Of a stretch of 49,578 nt of DNA, positions 28,484 through 37,411 are shown piece after piece. The stretch is from an uncultured Alphaproteobacteria bacterium. Lineage in GTDB: Bacteria > Pseudomonadota > Alphaproteobacteria > Bin95. The notes under the pieces were generated by a model. The model saw nothing but the letters and a program-made list of their open reading frames with translations. It was not told the DNA's origin and searched no databases. The position numbers and the translations under genes were made by a program. Where the stretch lies: positions 1 through 49,578 of the forward strand of contig CALKDI010000019.1 in the NCBI GenBank assembly GCA_938084065.1, in the 5' to 3' direction. How positions within the stretch are numbered: position 1 is the first letter of the stretch; each line of letters opens with the position of its first letter.

Positions 28484-28513
28484 GGGTGCGTAATCCTTCT
28501 ACGACGGCGGTCG

Positions 28514-29245
28514 TTAGTATTTGATTTCGGGATGAGGCGTGTTGTCAGCCTGGGGATCAGCATTCGCCAAATCCTCTTCCAGGGTGTGGCCGGGGCCGTA
28601 CACGTCTTCATCAGAAAGGTTGGGTAAGTGCTCTGCCACGGCAGATGACAGCATATTCATCTTGACGTCGCCGCGCAGGTGTTCCGGACCAAATAGGTAA
28701 ACCCATTGCCGCAACAACGTACAGAGGCCGGCGAACAACACCAAAATCAGACAGACCAGCAGGAATGACTTGATGATCCAGCGATGGGACAGGCCGGTCA
28801 TGGCGGCAGACGCTTCGTTTGAGTCGTATGCCCGCCAGATGAAGTTCAAGCAGAGATAGCCAATGACGAGGAGATAGGGCAGCAGGAAAATGATGATGCC
28901 GAGCATCTCAATCCATGCCTGCTTGCGGTCGCTGACCTTCTCGCGCAGCACATCAACGCGAACATGTGCGTTCATCGTGTAGGAAAAGCCGATTGCCAGC
29001 AGGAATACCAGGGCGTGCAGGTGCCACTCCGACTCTTGCAGCTTGGTGGGGGACAGCACGTGATAGAGCGGTGTCTCTTGAATCCACTGCTGAATCGCAC
29101 CGCCAAACAGCTTGCGTGTCAGCACGTCAAACATGATGACGCCAATCAGCGGCAGTATCAGCCAGGACCCTAACCGGCCGAAAAATTGAGGGACCTTTTC
29201 AAGGCGGTCCGCAAGGTCGAGCATTTGACGCATGGCGTTTCCCAC
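28514..29245 (-). CDS. dctQ: TRAP transporter small permease subunit with acidic C-terminal extension
   Basis: Four TM helices in the first 190 aa or so, positioned between dctP and dctM. GTG start. An extra tail of about 50 aa (…EDLANADPQADNTPHPEIKY). Confidence 0.8.
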   Translation of the reverse strand: MGNAMRQMLDLADRLEKVPQFFGRLGSWLILPLIGVIMFDVLTRKLFGGAIQQWIQETPLYHVLSPTKLQESEWHLHALVFLLAIGFSYTMNAHVRVDVLREKVSDRKQAWIEMLGIIIFLLPYLLVIGYLCLNFIWRAYDSNEASAAMTGLSHRWIIKSFLLVCLILVLFAGLCTLLRQWVYLFGPEHLRGDVKMNMLSSAVAEHLPNLSDEDVYGPGHTLEEDLANADPQADNTPHPEIKY

Positions 29246-29365
29246 TTCAAAGCACAGGCCATCTTATATGGCTCAGATGTGCAGCGCTTAACGTTCAGAA
29301 GATAAAGTGCAAAACCGCACCGAGGCCTCCAGCCTAAATAGGCCAGCGCCTCGGCGCAATGGAAT

Positions 29366-29395
29366 GGGTTGGCCGCGCCGAAACGCCGCCAACCC
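29366..29395 (-). promoter_or_regulatory. Intercistronic stem-loop between dctP and dctQ
   Basis: GGGTTGGCCGCG-ccgaaa-CGCCGCCAACCC, a 12-bp stem with one mismatch, 16 nt after the dctP stop. No U-tract. Confidence 0.4.
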
Positions 29396-29410
29396 GGTAG
29401 CTAAATCCGC

Positions 29411-30460
29411 TTATTTGAGGTAGCCGTGCTCGCCCCAAATTTTGTACTCATCGCGGAACTTGGACATGCTCTCCCAGATCTTAGCAGCGTCTTCGCTGAC
29501 TTTGATCTCTTCGACAATGACCTCTTTCCAAGCACCCTCGAGCTCGTCGAGGATCTCTTGCGGCCAACGGTGTGTGGTCACACCCTTGGACGTGTGGAAT
29601 GCCATAGCGGCACCCTGCTTGGCTTCGGTCTCAGCAAATGATGTCACAACCTGCGATTTGCAGGACTCCTCAATCATTGTCTGCTGGCCTTCGCTCAGCT
29701 TGTTGTGGACGTCCATGTTGAACAGCATCTCGCCCAGGGTGGACTGCTGATGCCAGCCGGGGAAATAGTTGTGCTTGGCGATCTGATAGAAGCCCAGATC
29801 CTTGTCAATCGCGGGCATGGAGAACTCGGTCGCGTCGATCGAGCCCAGCTCCAGCGCCGGATAGATGTCGCCGCCAGCCAGCAGTTGAGTGGAAACGCCA
29901 AACTTCTCCATGACCTTTGCGCCCAGGCCGAAGAAGCGCATTTTCAGGCCCTTCAGGTCAGCGGTGGACTTGATCTCTTTGCGGAACCAACCTGAGGATT
30001 CCGGCGCGATCAAGTTGCAGAGGTACATTTTGATGTTGTCGCGGGCGTACATTTCGTCGGCCAATTCCTTGCCGCCGCCATGGTACCACCATGCAATGTA
30101 CTCACCGGCGCGCGGGCCAAACGGAACGGCAGAGAAGAACGCATAAGCGAAGTTCTTGTGCACGTTGTAGCCCGGGGTGCCCCAGGCGCCGTCGATCGAA
30201 CCTGTGGAAACCGGGTCAAAGTATTTCGTTCCCGGAACCAACGCGCCCGGCTCGAAAATCTTCATGTCGACTTCGCCGTCAGACATCGACTTCACGGCTT
30301 TGGCCACGTTGTATGGGCCTGGGCCGATGACGAAAATGTTCCGACCGAAGGCGGAGTGGATTTTCATTTTGACGCGAGCTTCTGCTTCGCCGACTGCCGA
30401 TACGGCAACCAGGGCGACTGCAGCAGCAGCGACGCCTTTCATGAGTGTGTTGAGACGCAT
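29411..30460 (-). CDS. dctP: TRAP transporter substrate-binding protein (DctP family)
   Basis: Signal peptide MRLNTLMKGVAAAAVALVAVSAVGEAEA. The mature domain has SGWFRKEIKSTADLKGLKMR, typical of DctP-type SBPs. ATG at 30460 is preceded by GGGAGGAA. Confidence 0.85.
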   Translation of the reverse strand: MRLNTLMKGVAAAAVALVAVSAVGEAEARVKMKIHSAFGRNIFVIGPGPYNVAKAVKSMSDGEVDMKIFEPGALVPGTKYFDPVSTGSIDGAWGTPGYNVHKNFAYAFFSAVPFGPRAGEYIAWWYHGGGKELADEMYARDNIKMYLCNLIAPESSGWFRKEIKSTADLKGLKMRFFGLGAKVMEKFGVSTQLLAGGDIYPALELGSIDATEFSMPAIDKDLGFYQIAKHNYFPGWHQQSTLGEMLFNMDVHNKLSEGQQTMIEESCKSQVVTSFAETEAKQGAAMAFHTSKGVTTHRWPQEILDELEGAWKEVIVEEIKVSEDAAKIWESMSKFRDEYKIWGEHGYLK

Positions 30461-30630
30461 GATTCCTCCCAAGGAAACAAAAATGAGCGGGCTAAGGGCG
30501 AGCATCCCACCACATGAGGGGTGCTCGTTAGCGTTGCGTCCAGCGCATAGCAGCTACGCGTTGGACGCTGTGACTAAGCATGTTTCAACAGCTCGCTCAA
30601 GCACCGATTGAAACGTGCCATCCATAAAGT

Positions 30631-31839
30631 CTAGAGACCCAGCACCCGTTTGGCGATGATATTGTGCTGAATTTCGTTGGAGCCGGCAAAGATTGAGTGC
30701 TTGCGGTTGTTGAAATACTGCGCCGCCAGCGCGTTGATGTAATCAGAGCCGCCGATTGGTTCCTCGTTCCAGCCCTGCTCCAGCGCGCCGAGTACGAAGG
30801 GATTGGCGTAATAGCCGACGGCGTCCATTTTTAGCTCGCTCAGCCGTTGGATGATTTCCGACCGGCGAATCTTAATCATGGAAGCTTCCAGGCCCATCTC
30901 CGAGTCCGCGCTCATTTTTGAGAGCAGGCGAAGCATCTGAACTTCCAGCGTCATCAGCTCGATCTCCACCTCGGAAATCTTGCTGGAGAAGTCCGACTGG
31001 TCGGCCAGGCAGCTGCCCATGCCATCGGGTTCCTCGCGTGCGATCATCTTGAGCTGTTCCACGGACTTTTTCAGCCCGCCCAGTGCGCCACCGCCCATAC
31101 GCTCATGGCCCAGCAGGTATTTGGCAACGCTCCAGCCATCATCAACTTCGCCGATAACGTTGGAGGCCGGCACGCGGACGTCGGTGAAGAACACCTCGTT
31201 GACTTCGCGGGTGCCCTCAATGGTGATCAGTGGCTTCACCTCGAGGCCTGGCGTGTTCATGTCGACCAGGATGAAGGTGATACCCTCCTGCCGCACGCCG
31301 GTGTTGGAGGTGCGGACCAGGCAGAAAATCCAGTCGGCCATGTGTGCCGATGTGGTCCAGATTTTCTGGCCGTTCAGCACGAAGTCATCGCCGTCCCGCT
31401 CTGCCTTCATTTTCAGGCTGGCCAGATCGGAACCGCTTCCCGGCTCTGAATAGCCTTGGCAGAAAGTTCGTTCGCCTGAGACGATTTTGGGCAGGAAATC
31501 GTTCTTCTGCTCCTCGGTGCCATAGCGCATCAGCACGGGGCCGCACATGGTGATGCCAAATGCGATGATCCGCGGCGCGCCGGCCAGTGAGGCTTCTTCG
31601 TCGTAAATGTACTTCTGATTGACCGACCATTTGGGATCGGGGCCACCCCATTCCGGCGGCCAGTTCGGCGCGACCCAATGCTTTCCGTGGAGTTTGGTGT
31701 GCCAGTCGCGGATTTCTTCGCGGCTGACGGCAAAGCCGTTGTGCACCTTGTGCGCCACGGTTGGCGGCAGATTCTCGCGCATGAACGTGCGCACTTCCTC
31801 GCGCCAGGCTTCGTCTTCTGCGGTGAAGGCCATATCCAT
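30631..31839 (-). CDS. Acyl-CoA dehydrogenase (PimC-like large-subunit type), paralogue of 25843..27039
   Basis: QGYSEPGSGSDLASLKM, QEGITFILVDMNTPGLEVKPL, YFNNRKHSIFAGSNEIQHNIIAKRVLGL. 402 aa. Confidence 0.85.
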   Translation of the reverse strand: MDMAFTAEDEAWREEVRTFMRENLPPTVAHKVHNGFAVSREEIRDWHTKLHGKHWVAPNWPPEWGGPDPKWSVNQKYIYDEEASLAGAPRIIAFGITMCGPVLMRYGTEEQKNDFLPKIVSGERTFCQGYSEPGSGSDLASLKMKAERDGDDFVLNGQKIWTTSAHMADWIFCLVRTSNTGVRQEGITFILVDMNTPGLEVKPLITIEGTREVNEVFFTDVRVPASNVIGEVDDGWSVAKYLLGHERMGGGALGGLKKSVEQLKMIAREEPDGMGSCLADQSDFSSKISEVEIELMTLEVQMLRLLSKMSADSEMGLEASMIKIRRSEIIQRLSELKMDAVGYYANPFVLGALEQGWNEEPIGGSDYINALAAQYFNNRKHSIFAGSNEIQHNIIAKRVLGL

Positions 31840-31933
31840 GGTGAGGGCTCCTTAAACGATTGCATCAGGTTATTGCATCGGGACAGCGTTTCCGGTCAGT
31901 TGTACCGACGATAGCGCCAGAGGGAAAGATCAG

Positions 31934-32644
31934 ATGAACCACGAACAACTCGTCGCGACATTGAAGCAGGTGTCCACCGCCACGCTGACCATGCAGCTGC
32001 TAAAGCGCGGTATCCGTCAGGTGTGGATGTATGGGCCAAAGCCCTTGGACGAGGGGCAGGAGCGCATTGCCGGCCCGGCCTACACCCTGCGCTTCATCCC
32101 CGGCCGCGAGGATTTGAGTGGGCCGGAGATCCTGAAACGCACCGACCTGGCGCAGCGCCGGGCTATCGAGGAATGCCCGCCGGGCCACATCCTGGTGGTG
32201 GATTGCCTGGGCAAGGCGGATGGTGCGGCCATCGGTGACATCCTGGCGACGCGCATGCGGGTGCGCGGCGTTGCCGGCCTGGTGAGCGACGCCTGCGTGC
32301 GCGATGCGGACGGCGTCAAGGCCAGCCAATTGCCGGTCTGGTGCCCGGGAGCGGCGGCTCCGGCCAGCGTGGCCAGCCTCTCCGACGGGGACTTGAATGT
32401 GCCGATTGGCTGCGGCGGCGTCGCGGTTATTCCTGGCGATTGGGTGGTTTGCGACAATGACGGCGTGGTGGTGATCCCGCTGGCGCTGGTGCAGGAGGTG
32501 GCCGAAGGCGGCCTGGAGCAGGAGCTGCACGAGCAGTTCATCCTGGAGCAGGTCAAAGCCGGCGCCCACATCCCCGGCACCTACCCCCCGAATGCGGAGA
32601 ACCTGGCGAAATACCAGGAATGGAAGGCGCAGAAGGGCGGTTGA
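31934..32644 (+). CDS. RraA-family protein (putative 4-hydroxy-2-oxoacid aldolase / oxaloacetate decarboxylase type)
   Basis: 236 aa. VVDCLGKADGAAIGDILATRMRVRGVAGLVSDACVRD fits the RraA/demethylmenaquinone-methyltransferase-like fold motif. Confidence 0.7.
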   Translation: MNHEQLVATLKQVSTATLTMQLLKRGIRQVWMYGPKPLDEGQERIAGPAYTLRFIPGREDLSGPEILKRTDLAQRRAIEECPPGHILVVDCLGKADGAAIGDILATRMRVRGVAGLVSDACVRDADGVKASQLPVWCPGAAAPASVASLSDGDLNVPIGCGGVAVIPGDWVVCDNDGVVVIPLALVQEVAEGGLEQELHEQFILEQVKAGAHIPGTYPPNAENLAKYQEWKAQKGG

Positions 32645-32678
32645 GGAATGATGGGGCGTGTGTTGAGGTTTGTTGCGG

Positions 32679-32752
32679 AACGTTAAGGTTGCGCACATTG
32701 AAATGTAATTATTTCAATGTGTTATGGAGGTGGGCGTCAAAACCTTAACATT
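32679..32752. repeat. AT-rich nested inverted repeat between convergent genes
   Basis: Inner perfect 11-bp arms CACATTGAAAT (32694-32704) / ATTTCAATGTG (32711-32721). Outer arms AACGTTAAGGTT (32679-32690) / AACCTTAACaTT (32741-32752). Confidence 0.6.
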
Positions 32753-32893
32753 TGTGAACATTGGTTCGCATTACGGCCGTACAATTGGGACGGTCGGCGT
32801 GGTTCAGACCATGTGGGGATGGAATGGGACGAGACAAGGCATGGCCGCAGCGGTTGAGCCGGGTGTCTAGCACGCCACCTGTCGCCGCCGGCT

Positions 32894-34534
32894 TCAATCC
32901 ATTGAAAGTTCCTGATAGCCGCCCTGGGAAACGGCTTCGCAGCGCCGCCGGAATGCCGGATGTCCGCCGCTGTAGCGCATGATCCGCCGTACGTCTTTAC
33001 CGTCCACATTTCGGTTGATGCCGGTCATCCAGGAATCAACTTCCGTAAACAGCAAGCCATCATTCAATTCAACGACATGGTCGGTCCAGGCATTGGCCGC
33101 GTCGGCTGTCGCGTCGATGCGTGTGACATTGCGGGTGTTCGCATGGCCGATCAGCTCAGCCACCCAGTCGGCAGTGTACTCTACCGCGCGTGGGAAGTTG
33201 CCGAGGCCGGCATGTGGGCCCATCACCATCATGAAATTGGGGAAGCCATCGACCATGATGCCCAGGAACGTGACAGGCTGGTCCGCCCATTTGTCCTTCA
33301 AGGATGTGCCGCCCACGCCTCGGATATCGATGCGGTCGAAGGCACCGGTAATCGCATCAAAACCGGTGGCGTAGATGATGATGTCGAACCCGTAATCAGC
33401 GTCTGAGGTCTGAATGCCGTCCGGTGTGACGCACTTAATGGGGTTTTCGTTCACGTCGACCAGCTTCACATTTGGCTGATTGAAAACCTCGAAATAGCCG
33501 CTTTCCAACGGCACGCGGCGCGTACCGAAACCGTGGTTTTTGGGGATCAACATCTCAGCCACAGCCGGATCTGTGACGCGCTCGCGGATTTTGCGGGCGA
33601 GGAAATCCGACATGAGCTGGTTGGCCTCGGCGTCGACCAATACATCCTTGAAATTGCCCATCCAGATGCCGAACCCGGGCTCACTATAGCGCTGTTCCCA
33701 GAAGGCCTCGCGCTCTTCTTCGGAGACCTCAAGCGCTGCTCGCGGGTCGGCGGCGTGGATAAAGCAGCCGACGGTCTCCTGACAGCGGGCAAAAATATCG
33801 GTGTAGTTCTTACGAATGTCCGCCATTTCCTCTGGCGTCACCTTGGAGTTGTGCAACGGGGCGGACCATTGCGCCGTACGCTGAAAGACGGTGAGGTGGC
33901 CAGCAGTCTTGGCGATCTCGGTGATGGCCTGAATGCCGGTGGCACCGGTGCCGATCACGGCAACGCGCTTGCCCTCGAAACTGACCGGCTCGGTGGGCCA
34001 ATTGTGCGTGTGGCAGGATTGCCCCTTAAAGCTGTCGGTGCCGGAAATACGCGGCATCACCGCCGCAGACAGCACACCCACCGCGGTAATCAGAAACCGC
34101 GCCGTGCAATGAGAGCCGTCGTCGAGGGTAATCTTCCAGCTGTGGTTATCGTCCTGGTAGTGGGCCGCAGCGACAACCGCATTGAACTGGATATCCCGGC
34201 GCAGATCGAACTTGTCAGCGACGTAGTTCAAATACCGCTCGGTCTCCGGTTGGCCTGCAAAATGCTCCTCCCAATCCCATTCATCGAGCAATTCCTGAGA
34301 GAATGAGTAGCCGTAGGACCAGCTTTCCGAGTCAAAGCGTGCGCCTGGGTAACGGTTCCAATACCACGTGCCGCCAACGTTCGGTCCAGCCTCGAACACT
34401 CGCGTTCTGAGGCCTAGTTCGCGGGCGCGGTACAATTGATAGAGGCCGGAAACGCCGGCACCAATGATGATTGCATCGAAATCAACGTCCGACTGAGTAG
34501 CCGATGGTGTATCCATTTTCACGGCGTCATTCAT
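32894..34534 (-). CDS. Type I Baeyer-Villiger monooxygenase (cyclohexanone-monooxygenase-like flavoprotein)
   Basis: GAGVSGL FAD motif, BVMO fingerprint FKGQSCHTHNWP (FxGxxxHxxxWP) and a second Rossmann motif VIGTGATG. ATG at 34534 is preceded by AAGGAG. Confidence 0.88.
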   Translation of the reverse strand: MNDAVKMDTPSATQSDVDFDAIIIGAGVSGLYQLYRARELGLRTRVFEAGPNVGGTWYWNRYPGARFDSESWSYGYSFSQELLDEWDWEEHFAGQPETERYLNYVADKFDLRRDIQFNAVVAAAHYQDDNHSWKITLDDGSHCTARFLITAVGVLSAAVMPRISGTDSFKGQSCHTHNWPTEPVSFEGKRVAVIGTGATGIQAITEIAKTAGHLTVFQRTAQWSAPLHNSKVTPEEMADIRKNYTDIFARCQETVGCFIHAADPRAALEVSEEEREAFWEQRYSEPGFGIWMGNFKDVLVDAEANQLMSDFLARKIRERVTDPAVAEMLIPKNHGFGTRRVPLESGYFEVFNQPNVKLVDVNENPIKCVTPDGIQTSDADYGFDIIIYATGFDAITGAFDRIDIRGVGGTSLKDKWADQPVTFLGIMVDGFPNFMMVMGPHAGLGNFPRAVEYTADWVAELIGHANTRNVTRIDATADAANAWTDHVVELNDGLLFTEVDSWMTGINRNVDGKDVRRIMRYSGGHPAFRRRCEAVSQGGYQELSMD

Positions 34535-34780
34535 GTGGTCCCACTCCTTGGGCAATTGCACTGGCCTTTATTGTAGACTGGCTGTCGATGGTAATGGCTG
34601 CTGGCTGCGAGCGCTAGCCGTCTTGGCGCGGAAAACCCTCTGAATTGCGGTTCGCGCCATGCAGGTGGTGGTGTTTGGGATGGTCTCCTAGAGGCGCGGC
34701 TGCATATCTCCTCTTGGCATTGGTGACAGATTGCAGCGACAATGCGGGTAACAACCAATTCTCCGGAGGACTCACCGCCA

Positions 34781-35719
34781 ATGCCAGCCCAAATCGGCTA
34801 TCTCATCCCTACCCGTGAAGCGATCATGGAGGGCCGGCCGGAGGCCGCGCCGCTGCTCGATCTTGCCGAACAGGCCGAAGACCTCGGCTATGACTCGGTT
34901 TGGATCGGTGACTCGATCACCGCCCGGCCCCGGCACGAGCCGCTGACCTTGCTGGCCGCCATCGCTGGCCGTACGCGCCGTGTTAAGCTGGGCACTGCTG
35001 TCTTGCTACCAGCCTTGCGCAACCCGGTGGTGCTGGCTCACGTCGTTTCCACCCTGGACCAGGCGAGCGATGGGCGGGTGATCCTCGGCTATGGCATCGC
35101 CGGCGACGTGCCGAACATCCGTGCGGAGTTCGAGGCCGCTGGCGTGCCGTTCGACAAGCGCATTGGCCGGATGATTGAAGGCCTGCAACTCTGCCGCGCG
35201 CTGTGGACTGGCGACAAGGTCGATTGGGACGGGCGGTGGAAGCTGTCAGGCCAGCAGATTGGCCCGGTTCCTGTTCAGAAGGGCGGCCCGCCGGTCTGGA
35301 TCGGTGGCTCTCACCCCAACGCCTTGAAGCGCGCTGCCAAGCACTTCGATGGCTGGTTCCCGACCGGCCCCGGCGCGGACGAGTGCGGCCAGCAATGGCA
35401 GGAAGTCCAAGCGCATGCCGAGACTGAGGGCCGCGCGCCCGGCGACATGACTTTTGCGGTCTACCTGACGCTGGCCATCGACGACAGCCACGAGAACGGC
35501 ATCGCCCGCATCGACAAGTTCCTGGAGGCCTATTACGGCGTCCCCGGCCATATCCTGCGCCGGCGCATGGCCAGCTTTGGCGGCCCGGCGGAGGAGGCGG
35601 CGGCCTTCGTCAAATCCTACGTCGACCAGGGTGCCAGCCATATCTGCATCCGCTTTGCCGGCGATCACGAGAATTCACTGAAAACCATGGCGGCGCTCCG
35701 CCAGCAGATGGGAGGGTAG
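34781..35719 (+). CDS. LLM-class (luciferase-like) flavin-dependent oxidoreductase
   Basis: YDSVWIGDSITARPRHEPLTLLAAIA and LGTAVLLPALRNPVVLAH are typical of the LLM family. ATG at 34781 is preceded by GGAGGA. Confidence 0.8.
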   Translation: MPAQIGYLIPTREAIMEGRPEAAPLLDLAEQAEDLGYDSVWIGDSITARPRHEPLTLLAAIAGRTRRVKLGTAVLLPALRNPVVLAHVVSTLDQASDGRVILGYGIAGDVPNIRAEFEAAGVPFDKRIGRMIEGLQLCRALWTGDKVDWDGRWKLSGQQIGPVPVQKGGPPVWIGGSHPNALKRAAKHFDGWFPTGPGADECGQQWQEVQAHAETEGRAPGDMTFAVYLTLAIDDSHENGIARIDKFLEAYYGVPGHILRRRMASFGGPAEEAAAFVKSYVDQGASHICIRFAGDHENSLKTMAALRQQMGG

Positions 35720-35726
35720 AAGACCC

Positions 35727-36494
35727 ATGCGTTTCGAAGGAAAAATAGCGCTGATCACCGCCGCCGGCGCCGGCATCGGCAAGGCCACGACGGAAATCAT
35801 GGTGCGCGAGGGCGCTACCGTGATTGCGGTCGAGAACCAGCAGGACCGGCTCGACAAGCTGGTAGCGGCGCTGGACAACCAGCCGGGCAAGGTTGTGCCG
35901 AAATGCATTGACGCCATGGACGAGGCCCAGGCCCGCCAGACGGTCGCCGATGTCGAGGCCGAGTTCGGGCGTATCGATATTCTGGTGAACGCCGTCGGCG
36001 GCTCCACCATTATCGAGAAGCCGAACGTCGATATCGACCAGATGCCACTCGACGATTGGGAGAAAATCCTCGACTTCAATCTGAAGGCGACATTCCTCTT
36101 CACCAACGCCGTCGTGCCGGTGATGAAGAAGAACCAGTACGGCAAGGTGGTGAACCTGGCCTCGATCGCCGGGCGCGGCGTCAGCTTCGAAAGCTCCAGC
36201 CCTTATGCTGTCGCCAAGGGCGGCATCATCGCCATGACCCGCCGGCTGTCGTTCGAGCTTGGCCCGCACGGCATCTGCATCAACGCCATCGCGCCATCGC
36301 TGACCCTGACCGAGCGCATCACCCCCCATTGGGAAAAACGCTCTGACGAGAACAAGGCGGCTGAGCTGAAACGCTTCCCGCTTGGCCGTGTCGCCGTGGC
36401 GGAGGATCAGGCCAAGGTCATCGCCTTCCTCGCGTCTTCTGACGCCGATTTCGTCACCGGCGTCACCATCGACGTGAACGGAGGCCAGCTATGA
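35727..36494 (+). CDS. SDR-family oxidoreductase
   Basis: ITAAGAGIGKAT cofactor motif and YAVAKGGIIAMTR catalytic YxxxK. 255 aa. Confidence 0.88.
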   Translation: MRFEGKIALITAAGAGIGKATTEIMVREGATVIAVENQQDRLDKLVAALDNQPGKVVPKCIDAMDEAQARQTVADVEAEFGRIDILVNAVGGSTIIEKPNVDIDQMPLDDWEKILDFNLKATFLFTNAVVPVMKKNQYGKVVNLASIAGRGVSFESSSPYAVAKGGIIAMTRRLSFELGPHGICINAIAPSLTLTERITPHWEKRSDENKAAELKRFPLGRVAVAEDQAKVIAFLASSDADFVTGVTIDVNGGQL

Positions 36495-37408
36495 GCCAGA
36501 TGCCAGATCGCAAGGATACCCTCGGCATTGTCGGCGTTGGCGTCATGGGCGGCGGCATCGCCGAGAACCTGCTGAAAGGCGGCGCTAATCTGGTCGTCTA
36601 TGATAAGAACCCAGCCCGCGTGCAGTATTTCGCCAGCCTTGGCGCCTATGCCGCCTCCAGCCCCGCAGATGTGGCGAAGCAGGCCTCCACCCTCATCAGC
36701 ATGGTGGAGACTACTGCCCAGTCGGAAGAGGTGATCATGGGCCCGAACGGCTTCCAATCGGAGGCGCAGGCCGGCGACGTCATCCTCTCCATGGCCACTA
36801 TCGACCCGTTGGCCGTGAAAAAATGGTACGCAGAGCTGAAACCGCGCGGCATCGATTTCGTCGACGCTCCGGTCTCAGGCGGGCAGGAGCGTGCGGAATC
36901 CGGTGATCTCTCCATTATCTGTGGTGGCGATGCGGATGTGGTGGAGCGGATCAAGCCGCTGCTCGATAGCTGCGCCCGCCAGGTGTTCCATATGGGCGAA
37001 GTAGGGCAGGGACTGGCGATGAAGCTCTGCAACAACATGCTGATCCAGGTCGGCACCGTCGCGGTGGCAGAGGCTATGGTGCTGGGCGCGAAAGCCGGCC
37101 TCGACCCGCAGCAGATGATCGACGTTATCCGCCAGAGCACAGGCCACTCCGTCGCGTTCGAGATGCGGGCGCCGCGCTATCTCTCCGGTGATTTTGAGCC
37201 GGGCGGTACGGTGGATATCACCTGGAAGGACCAGACCCTTCAGACCGATTTCGCCAATGCTTTGGGCGTGCCGCTATTCCTGGCCAACACCACCCGCCAG
37301 ATTTTCCAATGGGCGCGGGGTTTGGGCTACAATAAAAAAGACAGCTCCATCACGGTTACGATGTATGAGAAGGCCGCAGGCGTTCAGCTTGGGCCGCGGA
37401 AGGACTAG
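36491..37408 (+). CDS. NAD(P)-dependent oxidoreductase, 3-hydroxyisobutyrate dehydrogenase family
   Basis: LGIVGVGVMGGGIAENL Rossmann motif and DAPVSGGQERAESG. 4-nt overlap with the upstream SDR. Confidence 0.85.
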   Translation: MSQMPDRKDTLGIVGVGVMGGGIAENLLKGGANLVVYDKNPARVQYFASLGAYAASSPADVAKQASTLISMVETTAQSEEVIMGPNGFQSEAQAGDVILSMATIDPLAVKKWYAELKPRGIDFVDAPVSGGQERAESGDLSIICGGDADVVERIKPLLDSCARQVFHMGEVGQGLAMKLCNNMLIQVGTVAVAEAMVLGAKAGLDPQQMIDVIRQSTGHSVAFEMRAPRYLSGDFEPGGTVDITWKDQTLQTDFANALGVPLFLANTTRQIFQWARGLGYNKKDSSITVTMYEKAAGVQLGPRKD

Positions 37409-37411
37409 GGC

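Noticed and set aside
35610-36329. 239-aa minus-strand ORF opposite the SDR gene
   Set aside because: It is antisense to a gene with clear SDR cofactor and YxxxK motifs, and it has no features of its own.
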